Positions 26,438-36,720 are shown, counted from the first letter of the stretch. The stretch: 64,000 nt of DNA from an uncultured Planctomycetia bacterium (GCA_964634935.1 CAZWJT010000003.1:52323-116322), one strand, 5' to 3'. The notes: generated by a model not told the origin, from the letters alone. Numbers and translations are program-made.

Positions 26438-27138
26438 TAGAAAAAAAACAGATAATCCTTGGAGTTATTCCTGCCCGGGCCGGTTCAAAGGGGATTAAGA
26501 ATAAAAATTTGCAGAGCATCGCAAATGTACCCTTGATCGCTTATACCATCAGACAAGCATTGCGGTATGCAGGTATCGATAGAGTTATTGTCACAACAGA
26601 CAGCAAGAAGATTGCTTTGGTTGCGGTTCGATATGGGGCGGCGGTTCCTTTTCTCCGTCCAAAACAACTGGGTCGCGATCGAACCCCCATGCTTGCTGTA
26701 CTAAAGCATGCTTTGGTTGAGTGCGAGAAATTCTATGCTTGTCGGGTAAAGGGGGTTGTCCTGCTTGATCCAACAAGCCCCGTGCGCGAACCAAAAGAGA
26801 TGGAGACAATGATAAAAATGTTTGTGCGGCATCAACCGGATTTGCTCGTTGCTGTGACACCAAGTAGACGCAGTCCGTATTTTAATATGCTTGTTAAAGA
26901 AACGAACGGGTATGCGCGGCTGATTTCCAAAAAGAAATTTTTCCGGAGGCAGGACGCGCCTCGGGCTTTTGATATTACCAATACCTGTTGGATCTTTTCC
27001 CGGAAAGCGATTCTTCTTAGGCAAAGAATTCCACGGAGAACAGCAGTGTATGAAATAAAAAATCCTTATATTGATATTGATAGAAAAGCGGATCTTGAAC
27101 GGTTCCGGCAGTATCTCGATTCAGGGAGAATACAATGA
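26434..27138 (+). CDS. acylneuraminate (nonulosonate) cytidylyltransferase, NeuA/LegF-like
   Basis: IILGVIPARAGSKGIKNKNL N-terminal motif of CMP-sialate synthetase family; ATGA-coupled start 26434. Confidence 0.8.
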   Translation: MIEKKQIILGVIPARAGSKGIKNKNLQSIANVPLIAYTIRQALRYAGIDRVIVTTDSKKIALVAVRYGAAVPFLRPKQLGRDRTPMLAVLKHALVECEKFYACRVKGVVLLDPTSPVREPKEMETMIKMFVRHQPDLLVAVTPSRRSPYFNMLVKETNGYARLISKKKFFRRQDAPRAFDITNTCWIFSRKAILLRQRIPRRTAVYEIKNPYIDIDRKADLERFRQYLDSGRIQ

Positions 27139-27983
27139 AAAGAGGATCGTCCGTAAAACCACTTATTTCTGTCACAGACTGTTTTTCATTGGCTGGGAAG
27201 AATATCGTTGTTTTTGGCGGCGGCGGGAAAATGGCAGAATCTTTTTCTCGGACTTTTCTTGAAGCCGGCTGCCGAAAACTGATTTTGGTGGACACAGATT
27301 CCCATCGTTTGTTCATGATTCAAGACAGCTTGGCAAAGAGATTTCCCGGAAGTTCCGTGGAGATCTTTCAGGCAGACGTTACCCAAAAGACCGCTGCCAA
27401 AAAAATCGCCTCTTTTCTCCGAACCAAAATCCGCCTGATCGATATATGTGTCTACGCGGTGATGAACAAGCCGCCTCATTACTACGCCCCCTGCGAGGAT
27501 TATTCTCAGAAAACGTGGGACACGGCGCTCTCGGGAAATTTGAGCGGAGCCTTTTTCCTCGTTCAAAAACTCTTGAATTATTTTGCGAATTCATCCAGCA
27601 TTATTTTTATCAGTTCAATTTATGGGATCATTGCTCCAGATTTGCGTATCTATAAAGGGATTCGAGGTAATATCTACGGCGGAAAATATCCACTTACTGT
27701 ACCGCCGGTCTATTCAGCCTCAAAATCTGGCCTGATCGGATTAGGAAAATATTTGGCAGTGTTGCTTTCCGAGCGTAATATACGCGTGAACATATTGGTG
27801 CCGGGAGGAGTGTATGATGGGCAATCTCACAAGTTCTATAAACGCTACGCAGATAGGGTTCCTTTGCGCCGGATGGCGCATTGGTCTGATTATAACGGCC
27901 CGATGCTTTTTCTGGCTTCGGACGCCTCGCGTTATATGACGGGACAACTTTTAATCGTCGATGGTGGTTTAAGTGTCTGGTAA
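27135..27983 (+). CDS. SDR-family oxidoreductase
   Basis: VVFGGGGKMA Rossmann-like motif and YSASK catalytic YxxxK. Confidence 0.65.
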   Translation: MKRGSSVKPLISVTDCFSLAGKNIVVFGGGGKMAESFSRTFLEAGCRKLILVDTDSHRLFMIQDSLAKRFPGSSVEIFQADVTQKTAAKKIASFLRTKIRLIDICVYAVMNKPPHYYAPCEDYSQKTWDTALSGNLSGAFFLVQKLLNYFANSSSIIFISSIYGIIAPDLRIYKGIRGNIYGGKYPLTVPPVYSASKSGLIGLGKYLAVLLSERNIRVNILVPGGVYDGQSHKFYKRYADRVPLRRMAHWSDYNGPMLFLASDASRYMTGQLLIVDGGLSVW

Positions 27984-29049
27984 AAGGAGTCGCCGCATGG
28001 GGCGAAAAGCGAAATCAAGAAAGTCAGAATTTTCTATCGAAAGGCGTAGGATCGGAGAAAATTTTCCGCCTTTCGTGATCGCTGAGGTTGGGATTAACCA
28101 CGAAGGAGATTATAAAAAAGCATTACGTCTTATTGATGCCGCTGTTTGGGCTAAGGCAGATTGCGTCAAATTTCAATGCCATATTACCGATAAAGAAATG
28201 ATTCCTACCGATATGAAACCCGGGAAGATTTCTTCGGAACGCCTCTGGGATATCATACGGCGATGTGAATTGGACGAAGATACAGAAGAAAGGCTCAAAA
28301 AGTATTGTGAAAAGAAAAAGATTATGTACCTTTCTACCCCGTTTTCCCGAGAAGCGGCAGACCGTCTGGATAAACTAGGGGTGAGCGGGTTTAAGATTGG
28401 TTCGGGAGAATGCAACAACTTTCCGCTTGTAGAACATATCGCTCAGAAGAGAAAACCAGTTATTCTTTCAACTGGGATGAACACGGTAGCTTCAATTATG
28501 CAAAGTGTAAAGATCTTGCGATACTTCAAAGTTCCTTTTTTGCTCATGCATTGTGTTTCTCGGTATCCCACGCCTTATCAAGACTTGCGTCTGGGAGCAA
28601 TTCAAGAACTGCAGGATATATTCCGTGTCCCTGTGGGCTTAAGCGACCATTCACACGGTATCTACACATGTTTAGGCGCCGTTGCTTTGGGCGCTTGTGC
28701 GCTCGAAAAACATTTTACTATTACCCGTTCCTGGCCTGGCCCGGACATTCCTCTTTCTATCGAGCCACACGAACTGCAACAATTGGTCATTGGCTCGCGG
28801 GCTGTCTGGCAAGCGCTTGGAGGACATAAGGGTATTCAGAAAGAGGAAAAACCGGTGATCGATTTTGCCTATGCTTCGGTTGTCACGATACGGAAGATTC
28901 AGCAAGGCGAACCGCTCACCTTGGATAATATCTGGGTAAAAAGGCCTGGTACTGGAGATTTCTTGGCCAAAGATTTTTCTCGGATTCTTGGAAGGAAAGC
29001 AAGGCGTCACCTTGAAGAGTCTGTGCAACTCAAGAAGGGCGATGTCTGA
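27973..29049 (+). CDS. nonulosonic acid synthase (NeuB/LegI/PseI family) with C-terminal SAF domain
   Basis: FVIAEVGINHEGD, KFQ, KIGSGE NeuB motifs plus about 70 aa C-terminal antifreeze-like SAF domain. Confidence 0.85.
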   Translation: MSGKRSRRMGRKAKSRKSEFSIERRRIGENFPPFVIAEVGINHEGDYKKALRLIDAAVWAKADCVKFQCHITDKEMIPTDMKPGKISSERLWDIIRRCELDEDTEERLKKYCEKKKIMYLSTPFSREAADRLDKLGVSGFKIGSGECNNFPLVEHIAQKRKPVILSTGMNTVASIMQSVKILRYFKVPFLLMHCVSRYPTPYQDLRLGAIQELQDIFRVPVGLSDHSHGIYTCLGAVALGACALEKHFTITRSWPGPDIPLSIEPHELQQLVIGSRAVWQALGGHKGIQKEEKPVIDFAYASVVTIRKIQQGEPLTLDNIWVKRPGTGDFLAKDFSRILGRKARRHLEESVQLKKGDV

Positions 29050-29959
29050 CAGAACCTGTGTAGTCATTACTGGCAGTTCTGGTTTTCTCGGCCGGAATTT
29101 TATAGATGAATTAATGAGGAGTTCAGATATCGGCATTTTGGCTCTTGACCAAGTCAATAACCTTCCGGTTACGAATCGTAGCGTGCAATATTTCCGGTGT
29201 GATCTTCTCTCTTCCGGGGATATTTCTAACGTTCTTGATTTTCTTCGCAAATCTCAATATAAAGAAATTTATCTCGTCCATCTTGCTGCCGTTACTCATT
29301 CCTCCTGTTACAGCGAGAAAGAGTTGCGTGAGATGAATGTGCGGTTACTGCAAAATACATTGGCGCTTGCATCCCTCAAAGAGGTAAAGAAGTTCGTCTT
29401 TTCTTCATCCGCCCTTGTTTATGGGACAAAGTATCCAGAATGTATTACTGAAGATTTTGCTCTTGCGCCAGAAAATGCATATGCGCAAGCCAAGCGGGAC
29501 TGCGAAGAATATATCCTCGGAAAAAGCGTGAACTTTCCCCAGAGTATCATTCTGCGGTTTACGAATATTTATGGATTAGGCATGAGTCCCTCCAGTGTAA
29601 TTGCCACAGTTGAAAAACAACTACGGAATAACGAGCTTGCTTTACGTGAATATATGAGTGTTCGGGATTTTCTTTACATCCAAGATGCTATTGCTGCGTT
29701 GCGGTTGTCAGTCTTTTCAGCTTGTTCCTTTCAGATATATAATGTTGGTACTGCGCAAGGTCATTCAATTTATGAGCTTGTAAAACTCATGGCTGGACTG
29801 ACAGGCAAACAAAATTTATTTGGCGCTATCCAGAAACCCCTGCAGCATCATGAGAAACTGGTTGTTTCTCATGATCGTATTACTCATGATCTGCGTTGGA
29901 TGCCAGAATATTCCTTGGAACAGGGATTGCAAAAAATGGTACATTCCGCATATGCCTAG
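29042..29959 (+). CDS. NAD-dependent sugar epimerase/dehydratase-family protein
   Basis: VVITGSSGFLGRNF and YAQAK; ATG 29042 overlaps NeuB stop. Confidence 0.7.
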   Translation: MSDRTCVVITGSSGFLGRNFIDELMRSSDIGILALDQVNNLPVTNRSVQYFRCDLLSSGDISNVLDFLRKSQYKEIYLVHLAAVTHSSCYSEKELREMNVRLLQNTLALASLKEVKKFVFSSSALVYGTKYPECITEDFALAPENAYAQAKRDCEEYILGKSVNFPQSIILRFTNIYGLGMSPSSVIATVEKQLRNNELALREYMSVRDFLYIQDAIAALRLSVFSACSFQIYNVGTAQGHSIYELVKLMAGLTGKQNLFGAIQKPLQHHEKLVVSHDRITHDLRWMPEYSLEQGLQKMVHSAYA

Positions 29960-31139
29960 ACGAAAGATAGCAATTTTTACTGGTAACCGCGCTGAGTATG
30001 GGTTGCAATTTCCGATTATCAAAGCGATTTCTCAGAGCAGCAGATTACGTTATTTTCTGTTAGTTTCCGGGGCGCATCTTGATGAAAAATTCGGGTATAC
30101 CAAGCGCGAGATAGAAAAAGATGGATTTTTGGTATATCGTGAAGTACGGGCAGAAGTAAGGGCTGATGATCTTTATTCAGCTACCCAAGCAGTCGGGCAG
30201 ATTATTTTAAGTTTGAGCCGAGTTCTTGCCGAAATCAAGCCGGATATACTCATTGTTTATGCGGATCGTTTTGAAGGATTAGCTGCGGTCGTTGCAGGCA
30301 GCCAGATGGGCATTCCTGTTGCGCATATCGAAGGAGGGGATATTACTGAGGGGGGGGCGCTCGATGATTACGTGAGACATGCGATGACCAAGCTTTCACA
30401 TCTGCATTTTACGACAAACATCCAAGCGGCAGAGCGAATCGCTCGATTAGGAGAAGAAAAATGGAGGATTTTCAATGTGGGTTTTCCGGTAATTGACCTT
30501 ATTCGTCAGAAAAAATTTGCCGCTCCCCAAGAAATTACTGAACGATTTTCCATTATTCCAGAAAAGCCAACAGTACTTTTTACCCAGCATTCAGTTACCA
30601 CAGAACTTGACCAAGTCACCCAACAAATAAGGCCTTCCCTGGATGCGCTTTGTTTCTGGGCACAGAAAGGAATTCAAGTGGTGATAACGTATCCGAATAA
30701 TGATGCCGGTGGCAGGCGCATTATCCATGAGTTAGAAGGGCTTAAGAGGAAAAATATCCCTACGCTCAAAATATATCCACATTTGGGACGTTATTATTAT
30801 CATGGTATACTATATCTCTGCGGTAAAGAAGGCCTTGGGGTTTGTGTCGGTAATTCTTCGAGCGGGATAAAAGAAACCCCGGCATTTGGCTGTCCGTTTG
30901 TTAATATTGGAAGCCGGCAGCAAGGGCGGTTACGTTCGACAAATGTACTTGATGTGGCGTATAGCTCTGCACAGATTAGAAAAGCAATCGGGAAAAGCAT
31001 TTTCGATAAAGAATTTCGTAAAAACTGTGCTCGGTGTAAAAATCCATACGGTACGGGGCATGCTGGAGAGAAAATAACCAACGTGCTGGCGCAGATTTCT
31101 TTAGGCAGGCGATTATTGCAGAAGAAGATTACCTACTAA
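29952..31139 (+). CDS. UDP/GDP-N-acetylglucosamine 2-epimerase (hydrolysing), NeuC/LegG-like
   Basis: KIAIFTGNRAEYGL start, HIEGGD, NIGSRQQGR motifs of NeuC family; start moved to ATG 29952. Confidence 0.8.
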   Translation: MPRRKIAIFTGNRAEYGLQFPIIKAISQSSRLRYFLLVSGAHLDEKFGYTKREIEKDGFLVYREVRAEVRADDLYSATQAVGQIILSLSRVLAEIKPDILIVYADRFEGLAAVVAGSQMGIPVAHIEGGDITEGGALDDYVRHAMTKLSHLHFTTNIQAAERIARLGEEKWRIFNVGFPVIDLIRQKKFAAPQEITERFSIIPEKPTVLFTQHSVTTELDQVTQQIRPSLDALCFWAQKGIQVVITYPNNDAGGRRIIHELEGLKRKNIPTLKIYPHLGRYYYHGILYLCGKEGLGVCVGNSSSGIKETPAFGCPFVNIGSRQQGRLRSTNVLDVAYSSAQIRKAIGKSIFDKEFRKNCARCKNPYGTGHAGEKITNVLAQISLGRRLLQKKITY

Positions 31140-31143
31140 CTCC

Positions 31144-32214
31144 ATGATTCGGATAGAAAAGATTGCGAAATTTATTGTGCGTGAAGATGCTTCTTTACGG
31201 GAAGCCCTCAGGGTCATTGACCAAAATAAAGAAGGGATTGTTCTTGTGGTTGACGCAAAAAACCGTCTCTGTGGGATTATTACTGATGGCGATGTCCGTC
31301 GGTTTATCTTAAAGAACGGGGATATTTCCACGCGGTGTGATACGATTATGAACAAAGAGTACTTTTATAGTACGCATGGTTCGCCCGAAGAAGCGAAAAA
31401 ACTCATGACCCGGCAAAGGATTCGTCATATACCTTATCTGGGTAAAGATAAAAAACTACTTTCACTCTTTATTTCCGATACGATTTATGAATTAAAAGAA
31501 AGCGTAGCCGCCGTGGTGATGGCGGGCGGGGAAGGTGCCAGAGTGCGTGAAATTTCGCAAGGCATTCCTAAGCCGCTGCTGAAAATTAAAGAAAAACCAA
31601 TTCTTGAAGAGGTTTTACTTGGCTTCAAACGGCATCATATCAATCGAATCTTTCTTGCGCTCAACTATCGGGCCAAAGACTTCAAAGATTATTTCCGCGA
31701 TGGGTCATCGCTCGGTTTAGATATTACCTATCTTGAAGAAAAGAAAAAGCTTGGAACAGCAGGGGCTCTTTCGCTGTTACCGAAAGCGTTACCCTATGAA
31801 ACCCTTTTAGTGATGAACGCAGATGTGCTGACTGCAACGAATCTCACAAGTCTTATCCAGTTTTATCGCGACCACCATCTTTTAATGTGTGTTGCGGCCA
31901 AGGAGTATGTTTTTGATATTCCTTTCGGAATTTTTGAAGTAGCGAATGGGCACCTCGTGGGTTTAAAAGAAAAACCTTCTGAGCGGTTTTTTTGTAATGC
32001 AGGTATCTATGTGCTGGATAAACAGGTTCTTGAGTTTATCCCAAAAAATAAACGATATGACATGACAGATTTAATCAAGTTGCTTCTGGGGAAATCGTTA
32101 CCCATTGGTGCTTTCCCGCTCTACGAGTATTGGATTGATATCGGCAACAAGGGAGATTTCCACCGCGCGGGAAATGAATATGACAAAATTTTTAAACGCC
32201 GGGAATATGAGTAA
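31144..32214 (+). CDS. CBS-domain-containing sugar-phosphate nucleotidyltransferase (PtmE-like)
   Basis: Two N-terminal CBS repeats followed by AVVMAGGEGARVREISQGIPKPLL nucleotidyltransferase motif. Confidence 0.75.
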   Translation: MIRIEKIAKFIVREDASLREALRVIDQNKEGIVLVVDAKNRLCGIITDGDVRRFILKNGDISTRCDTIMNKEYFYSTHGSPEEAKKLMTRQRIRHIPYLGKDKKLLSLFISDTIYELKESVAAVVMAGGEGARVREISQGIPKPLLKIKEKPILEEVLLGFKRHHINRIFLALNYRAKDFKDYFRDGSSLGLDITYLEEKKKLGTAGALSLLPKALPYETLLVMNADVLTATNLTSLIQFYRDHHLLMCVAAKEYVFDIPFGIFEVANGHLVGLKEKPSERFFCNAGIYVLDKQVLEFIPKNKRYDMTDLIKLLLGKSLPIGAFPLYEYWIDIGNKGDFHRAGNEYDKIFKRREYE

Positions 32215-33205
32215 CTTTTGGAAAAAAAAGAAAGTTTTTGTTACCGGAGCGGATGGATTTATCGGCTCGCATCTTGTTGAGCGGCTCGTCCAGAATGGTG
32301 CTTCTGTGCGTGCTTTTGTTTTGTATAATTCATTTGGTAACTGGGGTTGGCTGGAATCTTTCCAAAAAAGATGTCTTCAGAAAATTGATGTTTATCCTGG
32401 AGACGTTCGCGACGCAGCTTCACTGGATAAGGCCCTCGGCGGTTCAGAGATCGTTTTCCATCTCGCAAGCTTAATCGCGATTCCTTATAGTTATTCTGCT
32501 CCGGAAAGTTACCTCGATACGAATGTCAAGGGAACTCTGAATATCCTGCAAGCGGTTCGTAAACACGGAGTGCGGCGGGTTATCCATACGTCGACGAGCG
32601 AAGTATATGGGACTGCGCAGTACGTGCCGATTGATGAGCAGCATCCGCTGAATCCCCAGTCTCCCTATGCAGCATCCAAGAGCGCCGCTGACGCGCTTGC
32701 GTTGAGTTTTTATCATTCTTTTGGTGTCCCGGTAGTCATTGCGCGGCCATTCAATACTTTTGGTCCCAGACAATCAGCGCGCGCTGTTATTCCCGCAATT
32801 ATTTCCCAGATTTACGCTGGGAAGAAAACAATTGAACTTGGAAGCCTTGCTCCTACCCGGGATTTCAATTATATTGCTAATACGGTTGATGCGTTTCTCG
32901 CCTTGGGAGAGGCGTCGGCTGGTTTTGGCGAGGTATTCAATATCGGGAGCGGGGGAGAGATATCGATAGGCACCCTTGTATCTCTCATTCAAAATATTAC
33001 CGGTTCCAGAGTCAATATACGTCAGACAAATATGCGCAAGCGCCCTGTGGCGAGTGAAGTCCAGCGCTTGCTTTGTAATGCTGACAAGATAAAAAACTAT
33101 TGCGGTTGGCAGCCAGAGGTGGCGCTCAAAGAAGGACTTACGCGTACCTGCAAGTGGATTCAGCAGAATAGAGAGAAGTTTAAACCGGAAATTTACCATA
33201 CATGA
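32207..33205 (+). CDS. NAD-dependent nucleotide-sugar dehydratase/epimerase
   Basis: VFVTGADGFIGSHL, YAASK; ATG 32207 overlaps previous stop. Confidence 0.75.
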   Translation: MSNFWKKKKVFVTGADGFIGSHLVERLVQNGASVRAFVLYNSFGNWGWLESFQKRCLQKIDVYPGDVRDAASLDKALGGSEIVFHLASLIAIPYSYSAPESYLDTNVKGTLNILQAVRKHGVRRVIHTSTSEVYGTAQYVPIDEQHPLNPQSPYAASKSAADALALSFYHSFGVPVVIARPFNTFGPRQSARAVIPAIISQIYAGKKTIELGSLAPTRDFNYIANTVDAFLALGEASAGFGEVFNIGSGGEISIGTLVSLIQNITGSRVNIRQTNMRKRPVASEVQRLLCNADKIKNYCGWQPEVALKEGLTRTCKWIQQNREKFKPEIYHT

Positions 33206-34758
33206 ACGCGATTATTTTTACTCAATCGGGAACATTGCGCATGTTTTATCCTTTAGCCCTCCGTTTACAACGGGAGAAAGTTCTTGATACGGTTGGTTTT
33301 TATGTAACCAATTCGCTGTATTTCGAGAATTTTTCGCGCGATAATCCAGAGTTTTTGCAGTTTCCGCTACTCAAGGAATGGGAAATTATTCGACACGGGA
33401 AAAGTAAGAAAGTGGATGTAAAGACGCTGCGTATGTATGAGAAGAAATACGGCGATCCTTTCTTGGCAAGCGCCATTGTTGCTGACCGGCGTTTGTATTT
33501 AGGAAAATTCAATAATCTTTACCACGATGAGAAACAAACGTTTACTGATGGTGAACGTATGGGTATCTTGCAGGAATCGCTCGAGCGCCTTGAATCTTTT
33601 TTTGACCAGATAAAACCAAATTTCATATTGAGTTTTATCTGTGTTACCATCGGAGAATACTTAGGTTATAGGATTGCGGCCCAAAGGAAAATCCAGTTTC
33701 TCAATCTTCGTCCTACTCGAATCAAGAATTACATCTACGCAGCAGACACTATTTATGAACCGCCCGCTTCATTCTCGGCTGGGTATGAACGTTTTCGCCT
33801 GAGTGATTGCGCGGTTGAGGTAAAAAAAGAGGCCGAGGATTTTATGAGAGAATTTCAAGTACGAGAAACATTGTATGAAGGAGTAAGTGGTTCCCAGGGC
33901 AAGCCAAAAAGAAGAAAACGATGGTTTCGCGGTCTCAAGAATAAATTCTTGGGATGCGCGCGGCTTTTGAGGAAAGAATTTCATTACCGCTTGGGAAGAT
34001 ACCAGAGCGATACCCACGTGAAAGGATTTATTTTCCCCGCGCTCTATAAGAATATTTTCGTTCCTTTGAGGATATGTAAGATTCACTCTCTCTTGAAAGA
34101 CCGCTATATTCAGGAAGAAAATCTTGCGGATAATCAGTATGCATTTTATCCTTTGCATAAAGAACCCGAAGTAACTCTGCAAGTTTATAATCGGTATTAT
34201 TTGAACCAGATAGAAGTGATCCGGAATATCGCCCAAAGTCTGCCTTGTGGCATGAGGCTATTTGTAAAAGAACATCCTGTGAGCGTCGGGTATCGCGATA
34301 GCGGCTATTATCAAAAGATTCTGTCGATTCCCAACGTTTCTCTTATTCATCCGCAGGTAAAGAGCAGAATCGTCATTGAAAATGCGCAGCTTGTAGTCGT
34401 GCTCGGCGGTACTGTCGGGTTTGAAGCTTTGCTTTTGAAGAAACCGGTTATTGTTTTGGGGAATGCGCTCTATGGATTAATGCGCACTTCCTCGTTACGA
34501 AAAGTAGAGTCCCCAACCGCTTTAAGCAGCGCCATAGTATCACTTTTGGAAACATACCAATATGACCAGCAAGAACTCCTGCGTTACATTTGTTATATCA
34601 TGCATCATGCTACGAGGGTTGATCTCTATGCAAGATTATTGCACAGAAGCGATGCTGCCGCCCCCGACAATAATGAGAACTTTGCAGAACAGATCCAACG
34701 TTTGGCCGGTTACCTTACAGGCAAACTATTGGGGAATAAAGTTTTTATCGGTGGATAG
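33202..34758 (+). CDS. capsule-polysaccharide-biosynthesis (KpsS/KpsC-type) family transferase
   Basis: C-terminal half (YPLHKEPE...LFVKEHP...VVVLGGTVGFEALLLKKPVIVLG) resembles the Capsule_synth family of beta-Kdo transferases. Confidence 0.55.
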   Translation: MNAIIFTQSGTLRMFYPLALRLQREKVLDTVGFYVTNSLYFENFSRDNPEFLQFPLLKEWEIIRHGKSKKVDVKTLRMYEKKYGDPFLASAIVADRRLYLGKFNNLYHDEKQTFTDGERMGILQESLERLESFFDQIKPNFILSFICVTIGEYLGYRIAAQRKIQFLNLRPTRIKNYIYAADTIYEPPASFSAGYERFRLSDCAVEVKKEAEDFMREFQVRETLYEGVSGSQGKPKRRKRWFRGLKNKFLGCARLLRKEFHYRLGRYQSDTHVKGFIFPALYKNIFVPLRICKIHSLLKDRYIQEENLADNQYAFYPLHKEPEVTLQVYNRYYLNQIEVIRNIAQSLPCGMRLFVKEHPVSVGYRDSGYYQKILSIPNVSLIHPQVKSRIVIENAQLVVVLGGTVGFEALLLKKPVIVLGNALYGLMRTSSLRKVESPTALSSAIVSLLETYQYDQQELLRYICYIMHHATRVDLYARLLHRSDAAAPDNNENFAEQIQRLAGYLTGKLLGNKVFIGG

Positions 34759-34765
34759 AGTATCT

Positions 34766-35941
34766 ATGAAAAAGATAGCGATAGTAGTAACATCACGAGC
34801 GAGCTACGCGCGCATCAAGAGCGTGCTCGCAGCGATTAGGGAAAACAAAGATCTCGAGCTTTTTTTAATCGGAGCCGCGTCACTCATACTCGATAAATAC
34901 GGAAATGCTGCGGAGATTGTTGAGCGAGACGGTTTTACTATTCATCAGAAGGTGTATTTGATTATCGAAGGAGAAAACCCCACGACTATGGCAAAAAGCG
35001 TTGGAGTTGGGGTGATGGAGCTTGCTACACTTTTCGACAATGTGAAGCCAAACATTGTTATTTCAATCGCTGACCGGTTCGAAACTATCTGTACCGCTAT
35101 TGCCGCGGCTTATCTCAATATTCCAGTTGCTCACATCCAGGGTGGAGAGCTTTCAGGATCGATTGATGAAAAAGTGCGCCATGCCGTCACAAAATTTTCT
35201 TCCGCCCATTTCGTTGCCAATCAAACAGCCAAACGAAGATTGCAGATGATGGGAGAAGCGGAAAATTCAATATTTATCACCGGTTGTCCCTCGATAGATT
35301 TAGCAAAAGACATACAGAAGAAGCATGCGTATATGACAACGGACTATTTATTTTCAAAGTATGGCGGTTTAGGCGACCAGGTGAATATCGCGGATAATTT
35401 TGTTGTTGTTCTGCAACATCCGGTTACCACGGAAGTTGCGGATGGCTACGAGCAAATGAATCAGACCTTGTACGCGGTGCAGCAAACAGGAATTCCTGCT
35501 ATTATCCTTTGGCCAAACGTTGATGCTGGTTCTGATGCAGTATCCAAGGCAATCCGTAGTTTCCGCGAGCGTGTAAAGCCAAGAAACATGCATTTTTTCA
35601 GGAATCTTACTCCTGAAGATTTTCTTGCCCTCCTGATGCAATCAAGCTGTCTTCTGGGAAATTCCTCGGTGGGAATACGTGAATGTTCTTTCTTGGGTGT
35701 TCCGGTTATCAACATTGGGAGTCGCCAGAGAGACCGCGAGCGAGGCCCGAATGTGATTGATGTGGAGCATAATAAAGATGAGATCATCGAAGCCTTGAAG
35801 AAACAGTTACTCTGCCGAAAGCCGTATTCCCCAGCGTTCATCTATGGAGAGGGTTGCGCCGGGAAAAAGATTGCGCAGATTTTAGCTACTCAAGATTTCG
35901 CAATTGAAAAAAGATTCGTTGATCATATCTGCGGAGAATGA
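34766..35941 (+). CDS. nucleotide-GlcNAc 2-epimerase (hydrolysing), second NeuC-like copy
   Basis: KIAIVVTSRASYARIKSVL, HIQGGE, NIGSRQRDR; start moved to ATG 34766. Confidence 0.8.
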   Translation: MKKIAIVVTSRASYARIKSVLAAIRENKDLELFLIGAASLILDKYGNAAEIVERDGFTIHQKVYLIIEGENPTTMAKSVGVGVMELATLFDNVKPNIVISIADRFETICTAIAAAYLNIPVAHIQGGELSGSIDEKVRHAVTKFSSAHFVANQTAKRRLQMMGEAENSIFITGCPSIDLAKDIQKKHAYMTTDYLFSKYGGLGDQVNIADNFVVVLQHPVTTEVADGYEQMNQTLYAVQQTGIPAIILWPNVDAGSDAVSKAIRSFRERVKPRNMHFFRNLTPEDFLALLMQSSCLLGNSSVGIRECSFLGVPVINIGSRQRDRERGPNVIDVEHNKDEIIEALKKQLLCRKPYSPAFIYGEGCAGKKIAQILATQDFAIEKRFVDHICGE

Positions 35942-35988
35942 CCAAGTTGGCACGAGGTTTTACGGGTAAGGAGATTTTCTAATACAAT

Positions 35989-36720
35989 ATGCAAATTCCC
36001 AAAAATATTCTTGCGATTATCCCGGCGCGCAAAGGCTCAAGAGGTTTGAAGGATAAAAATCTGTCTTTACTGGATAAGCATCCTTTGGTTGTCCATACCT
36101 TTGCTGCAGCAAGATCCTCAAAGTTGCTTACCAGGATGATTATGTCAACCGACGATTGTCGCATCGCTCAATTGGCATTACGACATGGGATAGAAGTTCC
36201 GTTTCTTCGCCCCAAATATCTGGCGTCTGACCGGGCAAAAAGCACAGATGTGGCGTTGCACGCGCTTATGCATGTGCAAAAGCATGAAGATTATTCTCCG
36301 GATCTGATTGTTTTGCTTCAGCCAACAGCACCGCTACGCACAGGAGCGCACATTGATGACGCAATACGGAAATTATGCGCACGCCGGGGCGATTCACTAG
36401 TCAGTCTTTGCAGATTATCCGAGCCGCACCCCTATAAGCTGAAACGCTTGAAAAACGGATTTGTTGTTCCATTCTTGACAGGAACCGACAGCACCGTCCC
36501 TCGCCAGCAGTTGCCAGAGGTGTACCGGCTGAATGGCGCAATTTATATTGTTACCCGCGAGGTTTTGCTCAAAGAGAAAAGTTTTTTTGGCACAAGAGTA
36601 ATCCCGTATTTTATGGAGGAAGATTTTTCCGTGAACATTGATTCCGGTTTTGATTTGCTTCTTGCTGAGGCAATATTAAAAAAAAGAAAGCAACGCCATG
36701 GAAAAAGCGTTTCGGTGTGA
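35989..36720 (+). CDS. nonulosonate cytidylyltransferase, second NeuA-like copy
   Basis: ILAIIPARKGSRGLKDKNL motif. Confidence 0.8.
   Translation: MQIPKNILAIIPARKGSRGLKDKNLSLLDKHPLVVHTFAAARSSKLLTRMIMSTDDCRIAQLALRHGIEVPFLRPKYLASDRAKSTDVALHALMHVQKHEDYSPDLIVLLQPTAPLRTGAHIDDAIRKLCARRGDSLVSLCRLSEPHPYKLKRLKNGFVVPFLTGTDSTVPRQQLPEVYRLNGAIYIVTREVLLKEKSFFGTRVIPYFMEEDFSVNIDSGFDLLLAEAILKKRKQRHGKSVSV

Noticed and set aside
28672-29250. 192-aa minus-strand ORF
   Set aside because: Antisense to the NeuB-family synthase and following epimerase. No recognisable features.
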